A stretch of 64,000 nucleotides of DNA from Rebecca billardiae RCC1528 (Eukaryota > Protista > Haptophyta): contig OZ251254.1 of NCBI GenBank assembly GCA_965240325.2, forward strand, positions 682,001 to 746,000. The letters are read 5' to 3'. This document shows positions 35,244 to 45,165 of this stretch, piece by piece (position 1 is the stretch's first letter; each line of letters begins with the position of its first letter). The position numbers were made by a program, and so were the translations under genes. The notes beneath the pieces were generated by a model, which saw only the letters and a list, made by a program, of their open reading frames with translations, was not told the origin of the DNA and searched no databases.

Positions 35244-36191
35244 GGCCCGCGGTGCAGGGCGGAGCGCGCAGCGTGGAGCCCGCACCAGCGGGCCCGAACC
35301 ACGTTTCAAAAAGATCTTTGATCAGCAAGAAAAAAGGGACGGGGGGCGGCGGAAAAAAAGGGACGGGGGGCGATTTTTAGGGCTGGCGGAGACCGAGTTT
35401 CGAGTTTTTGAGATCGCATTGAGAGGTCTATCAGGCCAAAAAAAACCGCGCCCAGCTGATTCCCTTAAGTAAAGTGCGATCTGGACGTCAGCTGGACGTG
35501 ACATTAGTGTAACGGTTCGTTACGAGCGAATCGTACTCGTCTTCCCGGATCGCGTGACGTCCGGACTGGGCCACATCCGGATCGTCGGAGGTGACGTGCC
35601 CCGGCACGATGGGCGATGCGGCGGATATGCGGGACGGCGCCTGCACGTGCCTCCGGACCCGCCTCCCGCTTGCTGCTCACGCAGTCAGCTGCGACCGTGG
35701 CGCATGATCGCAGAAGCAGTGCCGGCAGTACGGCCTGCATCAGCTAGTGCCGCGCCGTCGTGGCGCGCGCGGTACGGTTGCGCGTTTGCAGCGCTCGCCG
35801 CTCGGCGTGACGGCACGCGCGTGCGGCTCAGGTGTGTCAAATGCGGTCTCGTCGGCGCGCTTTCGCCTGCCACCTCGTGCACCCGTGCCGCCAGTTTCAT
35901 CGTCTTCATGAGGACTGCTGCTGCTGTCGCCATCCGCTCTCCATCACCCCGAGTCGCCGGTCGCGCGGCGCGCGCGGTAGGCACTAGGCAGGGCGTACGG
36001 TCACTCACCCGTGCAACGGGTCAAGTGGCCAGAGTACGTCTGGTCGTTGGCTGGCACGGGCCGCAGCGCTAAAGCACCCTGCTGTCACACCCGACTCCTT
36101 CAGTACTCCGAGCTCCGCGGCACGACTCACTCGGCACGATCGCGGACGGGTCGGATGTTGGACACAGTAACAGTTTGGCAGCTACTAGTAG

Positions 36192-36603
36192 TGATGTTTA
36201 TTCCGCCTTACCAGTTCCCCGGTCACGCAGGGGCTTATCACAGTGTCCCTGCGGACGTCGTCAGCAGCGTCGTCCGTGCGGACGAGCGGGCGGTGCGGGA
36301 GTCGTCCCACACAGGTGCAAAAGCAAACGGCAAGGGCAAACGGCGGCCACCAGTAAACTGATAGGCCGGTCGTTAGACCAATAGCGCCGGGGGAAAACGT
36401 ATATACGTAACCGGCGGCTTGCGTTCGCCTGCGGGCAGCGGCGAAAGCAATAGGATTAGGGGCCGAGCGCGCTCGTGCCGGTTCAGGGAGGGCAGGTACG
36501 ACAGCGAGTAGTACCTGGTACTCGACCTCTCCTGGCGGTTGGATCCAAGCGCCTGGAAAGGAAAAGAAATCGTGCACGGAGGAAATTCGGGATTAATACA
36601 ACA
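36192..36603 (-). repeat. 3' LTR of copia element
   Basis: Identical to 38638-39049; preceded on the minus strand by the PPT. Confidence 0.97.
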
Positions 36604-36616
36604 CCCCCCCTCGACA

Positions 36617-38602
36617 TCATGCCGAAGGCGGCGGAGGTGGTGGAACAGCATGCAGTATCGCCACGACGTGTTTCAGAAAAGTACTCGTCGCGGTAGCCTT
36701 GGTCATGATGTCGGACCGGTTGTCGTCGGTCGACACCTTCTGGATCAGCACGGCGCCGTCGGCTTGCGCGCGCCGCGTGAAATGGTACTTCACGTCAATG
36801 TGCTTGGTGCGCTTGTGGTGCACCGGGTTGTTCGTCAAATCGATCGTGCCCTGGTTATCCTCGTAGATCACCGTCGTGGGCTCCACGACCGGCTCGTTCA
36901 AAAACGTGACCAGGTCGCGCAGGTAGATCACCTCGCGGCAGCACTCGCTCAGCGCGATGTACTCCGCCTCGCACGTAGACAACGCGACCACGCTCTGCAG
37001 TCCGCTGTGCCACGAGATCGGGACCCCGTTGTACATAACAAGGTACCCCGTCGTAGAACGTCGATCTTCACGATCGTTCGCCCAGTCTGAGTCCGCGTAC
37101 GCCACCAAATCAGGGTGTTGTGCGTGCGTCGCGTGCCGGAAGAGGATGCCGCGCCGACGCGTGCCGAGCAAGTATCGGAGCGTGCGCTTCGCGGCGGTCA
37201 AGTCGTAGAGCCGGGGATTGGACATCCGGCGTGCCAGCATGTTCACGGCGTGTGCGATGTCGGGGCGACACGTCGTCATGCAGTACATGAGGGCACCGGT
37301 CATCTCCTGGTAGTGCTGGCGGTCAGCGCGCAGCAGGAGGGCTTGCAGCGGGCGGGGGATCTCGCGCGTCTCGCTGCACTCGGGGGTCGGTGGGTGGCGC
37401 TCTCCACTCAGGTGGAAGCGCTCGCACACATCACCGATGTACTGGTTCAGGTGGGTAAACAGTCCGTCCACCGTGGTCTCAAATTCGGCGCCAAGGAACT
37501 TGCTCAGGCAGTCCGCGCCCTGCATCTCGTAGTGCGTCAGCAACGCCGTCATCAGCGCGTCCAACGCGTTCTTGTCCTTCGAGATGTTCATCATCAGCAG
37601 ATCGTCGACAAAGTGACCGACGAACACGTAACCGCCATCGACTGCCTTCGAGTAGATGCACGGCGCGCTCGGGCACGGCTCGAACCCATGTTCGAGCAAA
37701 CACTTACGCAAGTGTAGGTACCACACGCGCCCAGTCTGGCGCATGCCAGGGAGCGCCTTCACAACAGCCTGCACCGTCTGCGCGGCGGGTCTGCTCCGCC
37801 TCGCTCGGTCTCGTCGCATCGGGTCGTAGTCGCGCGGCAGCTCGGGCGCCGCGGACTCACCAGCTCGTGCGTCGTCATCGCCTCCGGCGTCATCGCCGTC
37901 GGCGCTCGGTTGCGCAGCTTCGCTCGCCGCGCCCCCGTCGTCATGAGCAGCAGCGCCGCCGTCATCGGCAGCACCGTCCTCAATCTCAAAATGCTCGTCG
38001 CCCTCGCCGGTGAGCTCGCCGTCAGCGGCGTCCCCCAGCTTAGTCTCGAGCTCGGCATTGTCATCGCTGAGCGCGAATGGAGTGTGCCTCCCCTCGACCA
38101 GCGACCGCTCATCAATGATGTACACGTCCTTTGAGTGTATCACCTGCTGCTGCCCGTCATCGAGCAGCACCTCGCGCCCCGTCCAGCTGTCCTCTCGTGA
38201 GGATGGTCGGGGCGCTCGCAGCATCGGTCTCAGCGGATGCCGTGAAGGGTAGGCATCGTTGCCACTCCCATCATCATCGAGCTCGTGCTCGACGTTGTCG
38301 ATCACGGGGACCGTCCAGGCCCCCGCCGCGGTGTCGTCACCGCAAGTGCCACACGCGGGCACGTCAATGCTTGCGCGGTTCGTACCGCGCGCGCAGCCGC
38401 CCTGCAGGCGGAGGACATTCGAGGTTGCGTAGCGGATGTCCTTCTGGTAGTCACCGAACTCGTACACCACGCCGTGCGTGGGCATCTGGTTCATCAGCGC
38501 GCTTTCACTCGGCTGCTCGATGCAGAGCGCGCTGCACGCGAGCATCATTGCCCGCGCGTTCGTCGCGACACCCGCGGCGCTGCGACCGGCTGGATGGGCC
38601 AT
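36617..38602 (-). CDS. Truncated copia pol (integrase C-terminal remnant, C-terminal half of RT, complete RNase H)
   Basis: QVIHSKDVYIIDE (IN tail), KALPGMRQTGRVW, FVDDLL, RPDIAHAV, YADSDWA, STCEAEY, EDNQG, RTKHIDVKYHF, DIMTKA. No gag, protease, IN core or RT N-half motifs seen. Confidence 0.88.
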   Translation of the reverse strand: MAHPAGRSAAGVATNARAMMLACSALCIEQPSESALMNQMPTHGVVYEFGDYQKDIRYATSNVLRLQGGCARGTNRASIDVPACGTCGDDTAAGAWTVPVIDNVEHELDDDGSGNDAYPSRHPLRPMLRAPRPSSREDSWTGREVLLDDGQQQVIHSKDVYIIDERSLVEGRHTPFALSDDNAELETKLGDAADGELTGEGDEHFEIEDGAADDGGAAAHDDGGAASEAAQPSADGDDAGGDDDARAGESAAPELPRDYDPMRRDRARRSRPAAQTVQAVVKALPGMRQTGRVWYLHLRKCLLEHGFEPCPSAPCIYSKAVDGGYVFVGHFVDDLLMMNISKDKNALDALMTALLTHYEMQGADCLSKFLGAEFETTVDGLFTHLNQYIGDVCERFHLSGERHPPTPECSETREIPRPLQALLLRADRQHYQEMTGALMYCMTTCRPDIAHAVNMLARRMSNPRLYDLTAAKRTLRYLLGTRRRGILFRHATHAQHPDLVAYADSDWANDREDRRSTTGYLVMYNGVPISWHSGLQSVVALSTCEAEYIALSECCREVIYLRDLVTFLNEPVVEPTTVIYEDNQGTIDLTNNPVHHKRTKHIDVKYHFTRRAQADGAVLIQKVSTDDNRSDIMTKATATSTFLKHVVAILHAVPPPPPPSA

Positions 38603-38637
38603 GCCCGGCGGTCCGTGGTTTCACACGTTTGAGCTCA

Positions 38638-39049
38638 TGATGTTTATTCCGCCTTACCAGTTCCCCGGTCACGCAGGGGCTTATCACAGTGTCCCTGCGG
38701 ACGTCGTCAGCAGCGTCGTCCGTGCGGACGAGCGGGCGGTGCGGGAGTCGTCCCACACAGGTGCAAAAGCAAACGGCAAGGGCAAACGGCGGCCACCAGT
38801 AAACTGATAGGCCGGTCGTTAGACCAATAGCGCCGGGGGAAAACGTATATACGTAACCGGCGGCTTGCGTTCGCCTGCGGGCAGCGGCGAAAGCAATAGG
38901 ATTAGGGGCCGAGCGCGCTCGTGCCGGTTCAGGGAGGGCAGGTACGACAGCGAGTAGTACCTGGTACTCGACCTCTCCTGGCGGTTGGATCCAAGCGCCT
39001 GGAAAGGAAAAGAAATCGTGCACGGAGGAAATTCGGGATTAATACAACA
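38638..39049 (-). repeat. 5' LTR of copia element
   Basis: Identical to 36192-36603. Confidence 0.97.
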
Positions 39050-39396
39050 AGTAGTAATTCCGATGCCGATGGCACGATCGCGGACGGGTCGGATCCGAGC
39101 TGATCAGCCAGTTGGACATTTGGCAGCTAGTTGTCAGACGGACGTCCGATTTGACGACCGGTGCCGGGTCACGCCCGGGTGCGGTCTCAGGTCCGCTGCT
39201 GTGATTGTGTGAAGTGTGAATGAGTCTCGCGGTCGCGCAGGCAGGGCGACGGTCGGACTAATATAGCTTCAGTCATCTCAGAACCGACTTCAACTGGCGA
39301 ACTGCCACTACGGCGGAGAGCCGCGATTGCACGGCCACCGCGGGCCCCGCCCAACTGCGTTGATTCTATGCAGAAAAGGACCGCGGAACGCGGTCA

Positions 39397-39420
39397 TATA
39401 TATATGTATATATATATATA
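39397..39420. repeat. (TA)n microsatellite
   Basis: atatatatatgtatatatatatata. Confidence 0.85.
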
Positions 39421-39785
39421 CTTGATTGCTGAGCGCGCGCGCGCTCGTCGGACCGGCGCGAGTCGCGTCGGCGCTCGACTCAGGCTGTCGTCGTGACTGT
39501 CGTTAGTAGCAGCAGTATGAAATTTCAGAAGGCCGCGCCGTGCCGCCCGATTTCGACGGCCTAAGGGCGACAGGCCGCTGGACACCGCGTCACTGCCACA
39601 GGCGGACAGCCGATGACGGATGAGAGCCGACCGGATGAGTACGGCTGTACGGCAGTCACGACGAGCTCGTCGTCCCGGACTGGCAGCAGCATCTGCAGCA
39701 TGCGCGCTGACCACGCGCAGCAGGCGGCTGAGCGGCGGCACCCGCGCCGTGCCCGGCCGCCCGGCCGCGGCTACGTCGGCAGCGG

Positions 39786-41900
39786 CTACGTCGGCTCGGT
39801 GAAGGAGCGTCCGGAGAGCCTCGGCGGCGCGCACGCGTGGCCACGGCCCTTGCTCTCGGGCCGCGGTGGCGACGGCAGCGTGCGGTGCGGGTCGGTGTGC
39901 TGCACGAGGCCGACCTGCTGCTGCAGCATGGCCAGCACGCTGCCCGCGCCCGTGGGCTCCTCCGCCGGGCTGCCGCCCTCCGCGCGCGCCTGCCCCCCCC
40001 GCGGGCCGCCCGCGGGCAGCAGCTGCGCCTTCGAGTGGCTGCGCGACGCCCACGTGCGCGAGGAGAAGGACGAGGCGGCCGAGGACACGGCGCCCTGAAG
40101 CGCGGCGGCGCCGCCGGAGCCGCGCGGCCCGCCGCCGCCGGGCATCGCGCCGCCGTCGGTGATCGCGCGCAGGAGCGTCTCGCGCACGAGCGCGTTGAAG
40201 CCGTGCACGCCGTCCGCCGACGCCTCGATCATCGTGAGCAGCCGCTCCTTGTCCTCCGCCAGGTCGCACTGCGCCTGCTCGACCGAGAACGCCTGCACCG
40301 CCGAGATGGTGATGTGCGCCGCGCCCAGCACACGCACCTGGATGCGCGAGCGCGCGGCCCCCATCGCGACAAACATGAAAAGCTCTGCGGCGCACCAGAC
40401 GCGCTCGAGGACCGTGTCGCCGAGCAGCAGCACGAGCGTGTCGCACCCCGCGAGGAAGAGCGGCAGCGCCGCGAGCGTGTCCGAGATGGCGTCCGCGGCG
40501 ATGCACGCCTTGTCCAGCCACAGCTGCGGCTCCCGCCGGTGCGCGCGCCTGAAGTCAGCGCGCCACGCCTGCAGCGCGGCCCACTTGGCGTCGGCGTCGT
40601 CGTGCCACGAGTGGCTGTGCGCGCGGCGCGCGGGCGCGGGGCGGGGCGCGCGCGTGAGCCGGCGGCGCGGCCGCGTGCCACGCGCGCACAGCGGCGCACC
40701 GTGCGCGCAGCAGCAGCGGCAGCAGCAGCAAGCGGCAGCAGCAGCAGCAGCGGCAGCGGCAGCGGCAGCGGCAGCGGCAGCGGCAGCGGCAGTGGCAGCG
40801 AGCAGCGAGCGGGTGCGCAGTGCGCGGCAGCACGGCGCGCACGCTGACACACGACGCACGCACTCCGCGCGCGCACAGACGCACGCGCACGCACACACGC
40901 AGCCACGCGCACACGGCTGCGCCCGCCGCCCACACCGCGCCCAGCGCGCGCACCTCACGAACGCGTCGACCTGCCCAAAGGTGGCGGGCGCGGAGAGTCG
41001 GAAGAGCGCCGGGTCGGGCGCGGCCGAGCTCAGGTGCTCGCGCGCGAGGTGCTCGGCGGAGATGCAGCGGAAGCTGGCGTGCGCGAACTCGGTGAGCTCG
41101 CCCACCGGCCGCGCGCTCATCAGCGCGCCGATCCCCGCCGAGACCGACGCGGACGCCGTGCGCGCCGCAAGCCACCCTTGCACGCGCGAGCGCACGTGCG
41201 GCCGTCGCACGAGCACACCGAGCGCGAGCAGCTGCAGCGCTGAGAAGTAGGCGGCGGCGAGGGTGAGCGCGGTCTCGCCCGGCGCGGCGGTGGGCGGCAT
41301 CAGTGAGAGTATCACCGCGTACGTGAGCACCACCGGCGCCAGCTCCAGGTACAGCGCGCCCAGCGCCCGGAAGTGCGCGTCGAGCGTGAGCCGGGGCGGC
41401 AGCCGCAGCGAGCGGAGGAGCGCGAGCGCGTGCAGCACGAGCGCGGCGGAGGAGGCGACGGTGAGGCACAGGCCGACGTAGACGAACCAGCACGGGCGCA
41501 CCGCGACGAACGTGCGGCACTGCCCGCCCTCGCCCTCCCTCGCCACGATCCCCAGCACGAGCAGCACAGAGACACTCGTCCACACCGCGATCGACGCGAC
41601 CGAGACGGCCACGCCGCAGCAGGCGACGGCGCGGACGAGGACGCGGTCGGTGGGGAGGAGCGCGAAGAGGACCATCGGGAAGCTCAGCAGGACCAGCGCC
41701 GTGCCCAGCTGCGCCGGCGCGAGCAGCACCCAGAGCGCGATGCCGCTGAGCGTGCACAGCGCGCTGCTGATGAAGATGGGGATGCGCACGCGGCGCGTGA
41801 AGAGGCGGCCGGCGTGGCGCGCGGCGAGCAGGTTGCGCCTGATCTCGTCGACGCCCACGTCGATCGCGGCGGCGCCCTCGGGCACCGGATCGTCGCCCAT
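39786..41900 (-). CDS. Six-TM membrane protein with cytosolic TIR/HET-like domain (paralog 2), intron 40615-40953
   Basis: ATG 41900 (MGDDP); six hydrophobic segments; spliced FGQVDAFVSHSWHDDADAKW...LWLDKACI...LPLFLAGC...ERVWCAAELFMF. Confidence 0.82.
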   Translation of the reverse strand: MGDDPVPEGAAAIDVGVDEIRRNLLAARHAGRLFTRRVRIPIFISSALCTLSGIALWVLLAPAQLGTALVLLSFPMVLFALLPTDRVLVRAVACCGVAVSVASIAVWTSVSVLLVLGIVAREGEGGQCRTFVAVRPCWFVYVGLCLTVASSAALVLHALALLRSLRLPPRLTLDAHFRALGALYLELAPVVLTYAVILSLMPPTAAPGETALTLAAAYFSALQLLALGVLVRRPHVRSRVQGWLAARTASASVSAGIGALMSARPVGELTEFAHASFRCISAEHLAREHLSSAAPDPALFRLSAPATFGQVDAFVRCARWARCGRRAQPCARGCVCACACVCARAECVRRVSACAPCCRALRTRSLLAATAAAAAAAAAAAAAAAAAAAACCCCRCCCAHGAPLCARGTRPRRRLTRAPRPAPARRAHSHSWHDDADAKWAALQAWRADFRRAHRREPQLWLDKACIAADAISDTLAALPLFLAGCDTLVLLLGDTVLERVWCAAELFMFVAMGAARSRIQVRVLGAAHITISAVQAFSVEQAQCDLAEDKERLLTMIEASADGVHGFNALVRETLLRAITDGGAMPGGGGPRGSGGAAALQGAVSSAASSFSSRTWASRSHSKAQLLPAGGPRGGQARAEGGSPAEEPTGAGSVLAMLQQQVGLVQHTDPHRTLPSPPRPESKGRGHACAPPRLSGRSFTEPT
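40708..40806. repeat. (GCA)n/(GCAGCG)n microsatellite inside intron
   Basis: cagcagcagcggcagcagc...gcggcagcggcagcgg tract. Confidence 0.85.
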
Positions 41901-42460
41901 GGTAGGCGAGGTGCGCGCCCAGGGGTGCACGGCTCCTCTCGGGGCGCGGGCCACGCCCCACCCAGGACTCCACGTGAGTTGTGTACTTGGGAGGTCCTCT
42001 TGATGCCGCGAGATGGCGAGAGATATCGCTGCGCACGTACTCCGGACCCGCCTGCTCGATACTGTCAAGTGATCAGCTCTTCAAGGTTAGATATCCCGCC
42101 GCACTCCCTTTACGGTTACTGTCATCACGTCGACGTAGTCCGTACGCCTAGTGTATTCATCGGCCCACTACTGGGTTTGCGTACTAGTACCGTTTGGGAT
42201 GAATGACCCGCGCGCAAGTTGATGGCGGGTATTCACTCATTCGTAGATGAATACATGGTTACGGTTAAACCATGGACTCTCGAACAAATTACGCTCGAAG
42301 TGGCCGTAGCGCTAAGCTGGACTGGCGCCGACAAACCGGACTGCTGTCTGCTTTCGAGTGGCTGAGACTGCCAGCTGACATCCGGACCTGCACGACTTTG
42401 TCTTTCGCCCTTGCTCGGGGCACAGCAGGCCAGGGGAGAGAGGGAGAGAGCGAGGAGAGA

Positions 42461-42562
42461 CCACCAACGCCGACTTCGTGTCGACGATCGGGCACTGCCG
42501 CCGACGAATCGGCAGGAGACCCGCGTCGTCCTACCTGTGTCGTTAAACTTCATAGAATGAGT
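42461..42562 (-). repeat. Dispersed repeat family A, inverted copy
   Basis: Reverse complement ACTCATTCTATGAAGTTTAACGACACAGGTAGGACGACGCGGGTCTCCTGCCGATTCGTCGGCGGCAGTGCCCGATCGTCGACACGAAGTCGGCGTTGGTGG. Confidence 0.9.
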
Positions 42563-43041
42563 TGAGGTGTGATAACCACTGTTATGACCCCGCGCGCGCA
42601 GCGGCTGCGCCGCCGTCCGGGATTGACTGACAATGCGTCGACTAGGCCGTCCCGGAATCCGACGGCTCGGTCGAGTGCTCGGCAAAGCAGCGCGGTGCAG
42701 GGCCCTGCGACGGGACAGGCCACAGGGTGCGTGTTGCACAGTCACAGGGCGACGCTCTCGGCCGTCTCGCCCGCAGTCGCAGAGCAGAGCCGGCGACCGG
42801 GACAGTGCGCGCTCGCCGTTGGGGCGCGTCGACAGGCCTCGGCGCGCCCGCCTGGCCGGGCGCACGCTGCCCAGCGCACAGAGCGCAGCGCGCGCACCGC
42901 TCCGCACGAGGCATGGGCCGGGCCCGTCGACTCACGGCCAGCGGGCCGCGGGGCGGCGTGGGCGCGCCGGCGCGCGCGCGCGCGCAGCCCGGCGCGCGGC
43001 GCGGCGCGCGCGGCTCGGCGGGCCGCGCGCGCGCGCGCTCC

Positions 43042-45165
43042 TCAGTGCGCGATCGAGATGGAGCGCTTGCGCCCCGCCGGGCGGTGGTCGCTGCTGGCGC
43101 GGCCGCCAAAGCTGCCGCTGAGGCTGCGGCGCGTGCCGCCTCCGCCCGGCGGCTGCGCCTCGCCGCCCCACAGCGCGCGCAGCGCCGCGCCGCCGAGCGT
43201 GCGTCGGCCGCGGCGCGTCGGGTCCGCGTCAAGCAGCGGCCCGTCCGAGTGGAGCATCGCGATGCGCGCCAGGTCGAGGTCGGCCGGGTTGGGCGTGGCG
43301 GGCACGCCGCCCGCCATCATCCCGCCCGCCGCCGACGAGGGCGGCGGCGCCGGCGCCGCGCCCGCGTACCCGGCGTCTCCGTCCGAGTTGGCGCGCGGCC
43401 GGCCGGCGCCGTCGGCGGCGCCGCCGAGCTCGGCGAGCGTGTCTGCCGCCTCGACGGCGTCGGCGCTCGCGCCGGGCATCGCGTCGCGCACGGTGAGCCA
43501 GTGCGGGCTGAGCGCGGCCTCGAGCACGCTCAGCACCACGCCCTTCTTGCGCCGCTCGAACGCGGGGCGCGGCGGCGCGCTCGCGAGCAGCGCGCGCTCG
43601 CAGCCGAGCTCCTGCACAATCACACCAAGCGGTGCAAACAGGAGGACGGTCATCGCTGCGGCGGCGTGGATCAGCTCGCCGACCTCGGCGGAGACGACGT
43701 GGCCGCGCAGCGGGAGCGAGCCGAGCACGCCCTGGATCGTCGCGCGCGGCATCGTCGCGCACGCGCAGAACGTCGCCTCGAGCAGCGCGTTGCACGCCGT
43801 GCGCGGCACGCGGCGCTGCGGCGCGGTGGCGTACAGCAGCAGCAGGTAGCAGACGAAGCGGCAGCCGAGGCCGGCGGCGAGGGGGAGGAGGAGGGCGGCG
43901 GGGACGGAGGCGATGCCGTGGCCCGGCGCGAGCGCGGGCAGGTCGAGCGCCGAGCCGAGCGAGACGAAGAGGCAGAGCGCCGCCACCGTCCACACCGCCG
44001 CGACGCTCTCCTCGATGCGCCGCACCGCGTGCGGCGGCCGCAGCCTTGCAAAGAAGAAGATGGTCGCGACCACGGCCAGGTCAGCCTCCACGAGGCCCTC
44101 GGCCTGCTGCATGCGCTTCGGGCCGTGGTGCGGGCGCTCGAAGCGCTCGGGCATCGGCACGAGCGCGGCCATCCCGTACGCCAGCATCGCCCCCGCCAGC
44201 ACGATCACCAGCTCCTCGTGGCTCGTGCCGGCGAACAGCCGCTTGCCCGACGCCCAGCGCAGCCGGCGGCGCGTGCCGAGCAGCAGCGCGACCACGTGCG
44301 CGAGCACGCCCGCGACGAAGAGGGTGCCGACGAGGCGGAGCACGACGAGGAAGGCCTGCAGCGCGACGGGCTGCGTCTCCTCCGCGCTCAGCGTCTCCCC
44401 CGGCGCCGGCCGCCCCACCAGCAGCTCGGCCAGCGTGCCGTACGTGAAGAGCGAGACGGTGCACTCGATGGGCGCGGCGGTGAGCACGGCGCGCGGCAGC
44501 GGCGAGTACGCGGCGTCGGTGCGCGCGCAGAGGTCGGCCATGCGCGGGATGACGATGCCGTCGCCCAGCGCGCTCATGATCGCGCCGAACGCCACCGCCT
44601 CCAGCGGCGTGAGCCCGTACAGGTAGTGGCACGTCACGCTCGACCCCGCCACGTCCGCCGCGTACGGCAGCGTGCCGAGCGCGAGCGTGAACGCCGTCAG
44701 GTCGCGCGGCCGCACCTCGAGGCCGGCGCGGACGAGGACGAGGAGGAAGGAGAGCGCGAGGATGTACGGCCGGGCCGCGAGCATCGCCGGGCCCTCCACG
44801 TGGTGGAAGCAGTAGCCGAACGCCATGTACCCGAGCAGCGGCGGCAGCCCGAACAGGAAGTCGGCCGCGCGCCCGGCGAGCCAGCCGACCATCAGCATGC
44901 AGCCGAGCGAGAGGTAGAAGGGGAGCGTGTGCGTCGCGATGTTGCGCGGCACGGTGACGAGCAGCGCGAGCGGCAGGCCCAGCACCGCGGCGATCCCGCC
45001 CCACGTCAGCACGCGCTCCTGCCACAGCGGCAGCGGCGCGCCGCCGCCCGGCGGCACGAGCGGCTCGCGCAGCGACGTCGAGCCGTGCGGCGAGGGCGCG
45101 CGCATCGGGAGGCCGGCCGCGGCGCTGGCGGGCGCGTCGGACGCGCACGCGCCCTCCTCCGACAT
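43042..45165 (-). CDS. Cation/proton antiporter, NHA/SLC9B-like Na+/H+ exchanger
   Basis: About 12-13 TM helices; LPPLLGYMAFG, ILALSFLLVLVRAGLE, LFVSLG, MPRATIQGVLG (cf. PKATVQAAIG of NHA). First ATG 45165. Confidence 0.88.
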   Translation of the reverse strand: MSEEGACASDAPASAAAGLPMRAPSPHGSTSLREPLVPPGGGAPLPLWQERVLTWGGIAAVLGLPLALLVTVPRNIATHTLPFYLSLGCMLMVGWLAGRAADFLFGLPPLLGYMAFGYCFHHVEGPAMLAARPYILALSFLLVLVRAGLEVRPRDLTAFTLALGTLPYAADVAGSSVTCHYLYGLTPLEAVAFGAIMSALGDGIVIPRMADLCARTDAAYSPLPRAVLTAAPIECTVSLFTYGTLAELLVGRPAPGETLSAEETQPVALQAFLVVLRLVGTLFVAGVLAHVVALLLGTRRRLRWASGKRLFAGTSHEELVIVLAGAMLAYGMAALVPMPERFERPHHGPKRMQQAEGLVEADLAVVATIFFFARLRPPHAVRRIEESVAAVWTVAALCLFVSLGSALDLPALAPGHGIASVPAALLLPLAAGLGCRFVCYLLLLYATAPQRRVPRTACNALLEATFCACATMPRATIQGVLGSLPLRGHVVSAEVGELIHAAAAMTVLLFAPLGVIVQELGCERALLASAPPRPAFERRKKGVVLSVLEAALSPHWLTVRDAMPGASADAVEAADTLAELGGAADGAGRPRANSDGDAGYAGAAPAPPPSSAAGGMMAGGVPATPNPADLDLARIAMLHSDGPLLDADPTRRGRRTLGGAALRALWGGEAQPPGGGGTRRSLSGSFGGRASSDHRPAGRKRSISIAH

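Larger units (their letters stand above)
36192..39049 (-). mobile_element. Ty1/copia LTR retrotransposon, internally deleted (2858 bp), recent insertion
   Basis: Two 412-bp LTRs identical by eye (TG...CA on minus strand), 5-bp TSD AGTAG at 36187-36191 and 39050-39054, polypurine tract GAGGGGGGG (36612-36604), copia RT/RNase H ORF. Confidence 0.97.

Noticed and set aside
36185-36577. ORFs inside the LTRs (also 38505..39023, 38478..38807)
   Set aside because: Duplicated only because the LTRs are identical; no coding signature.
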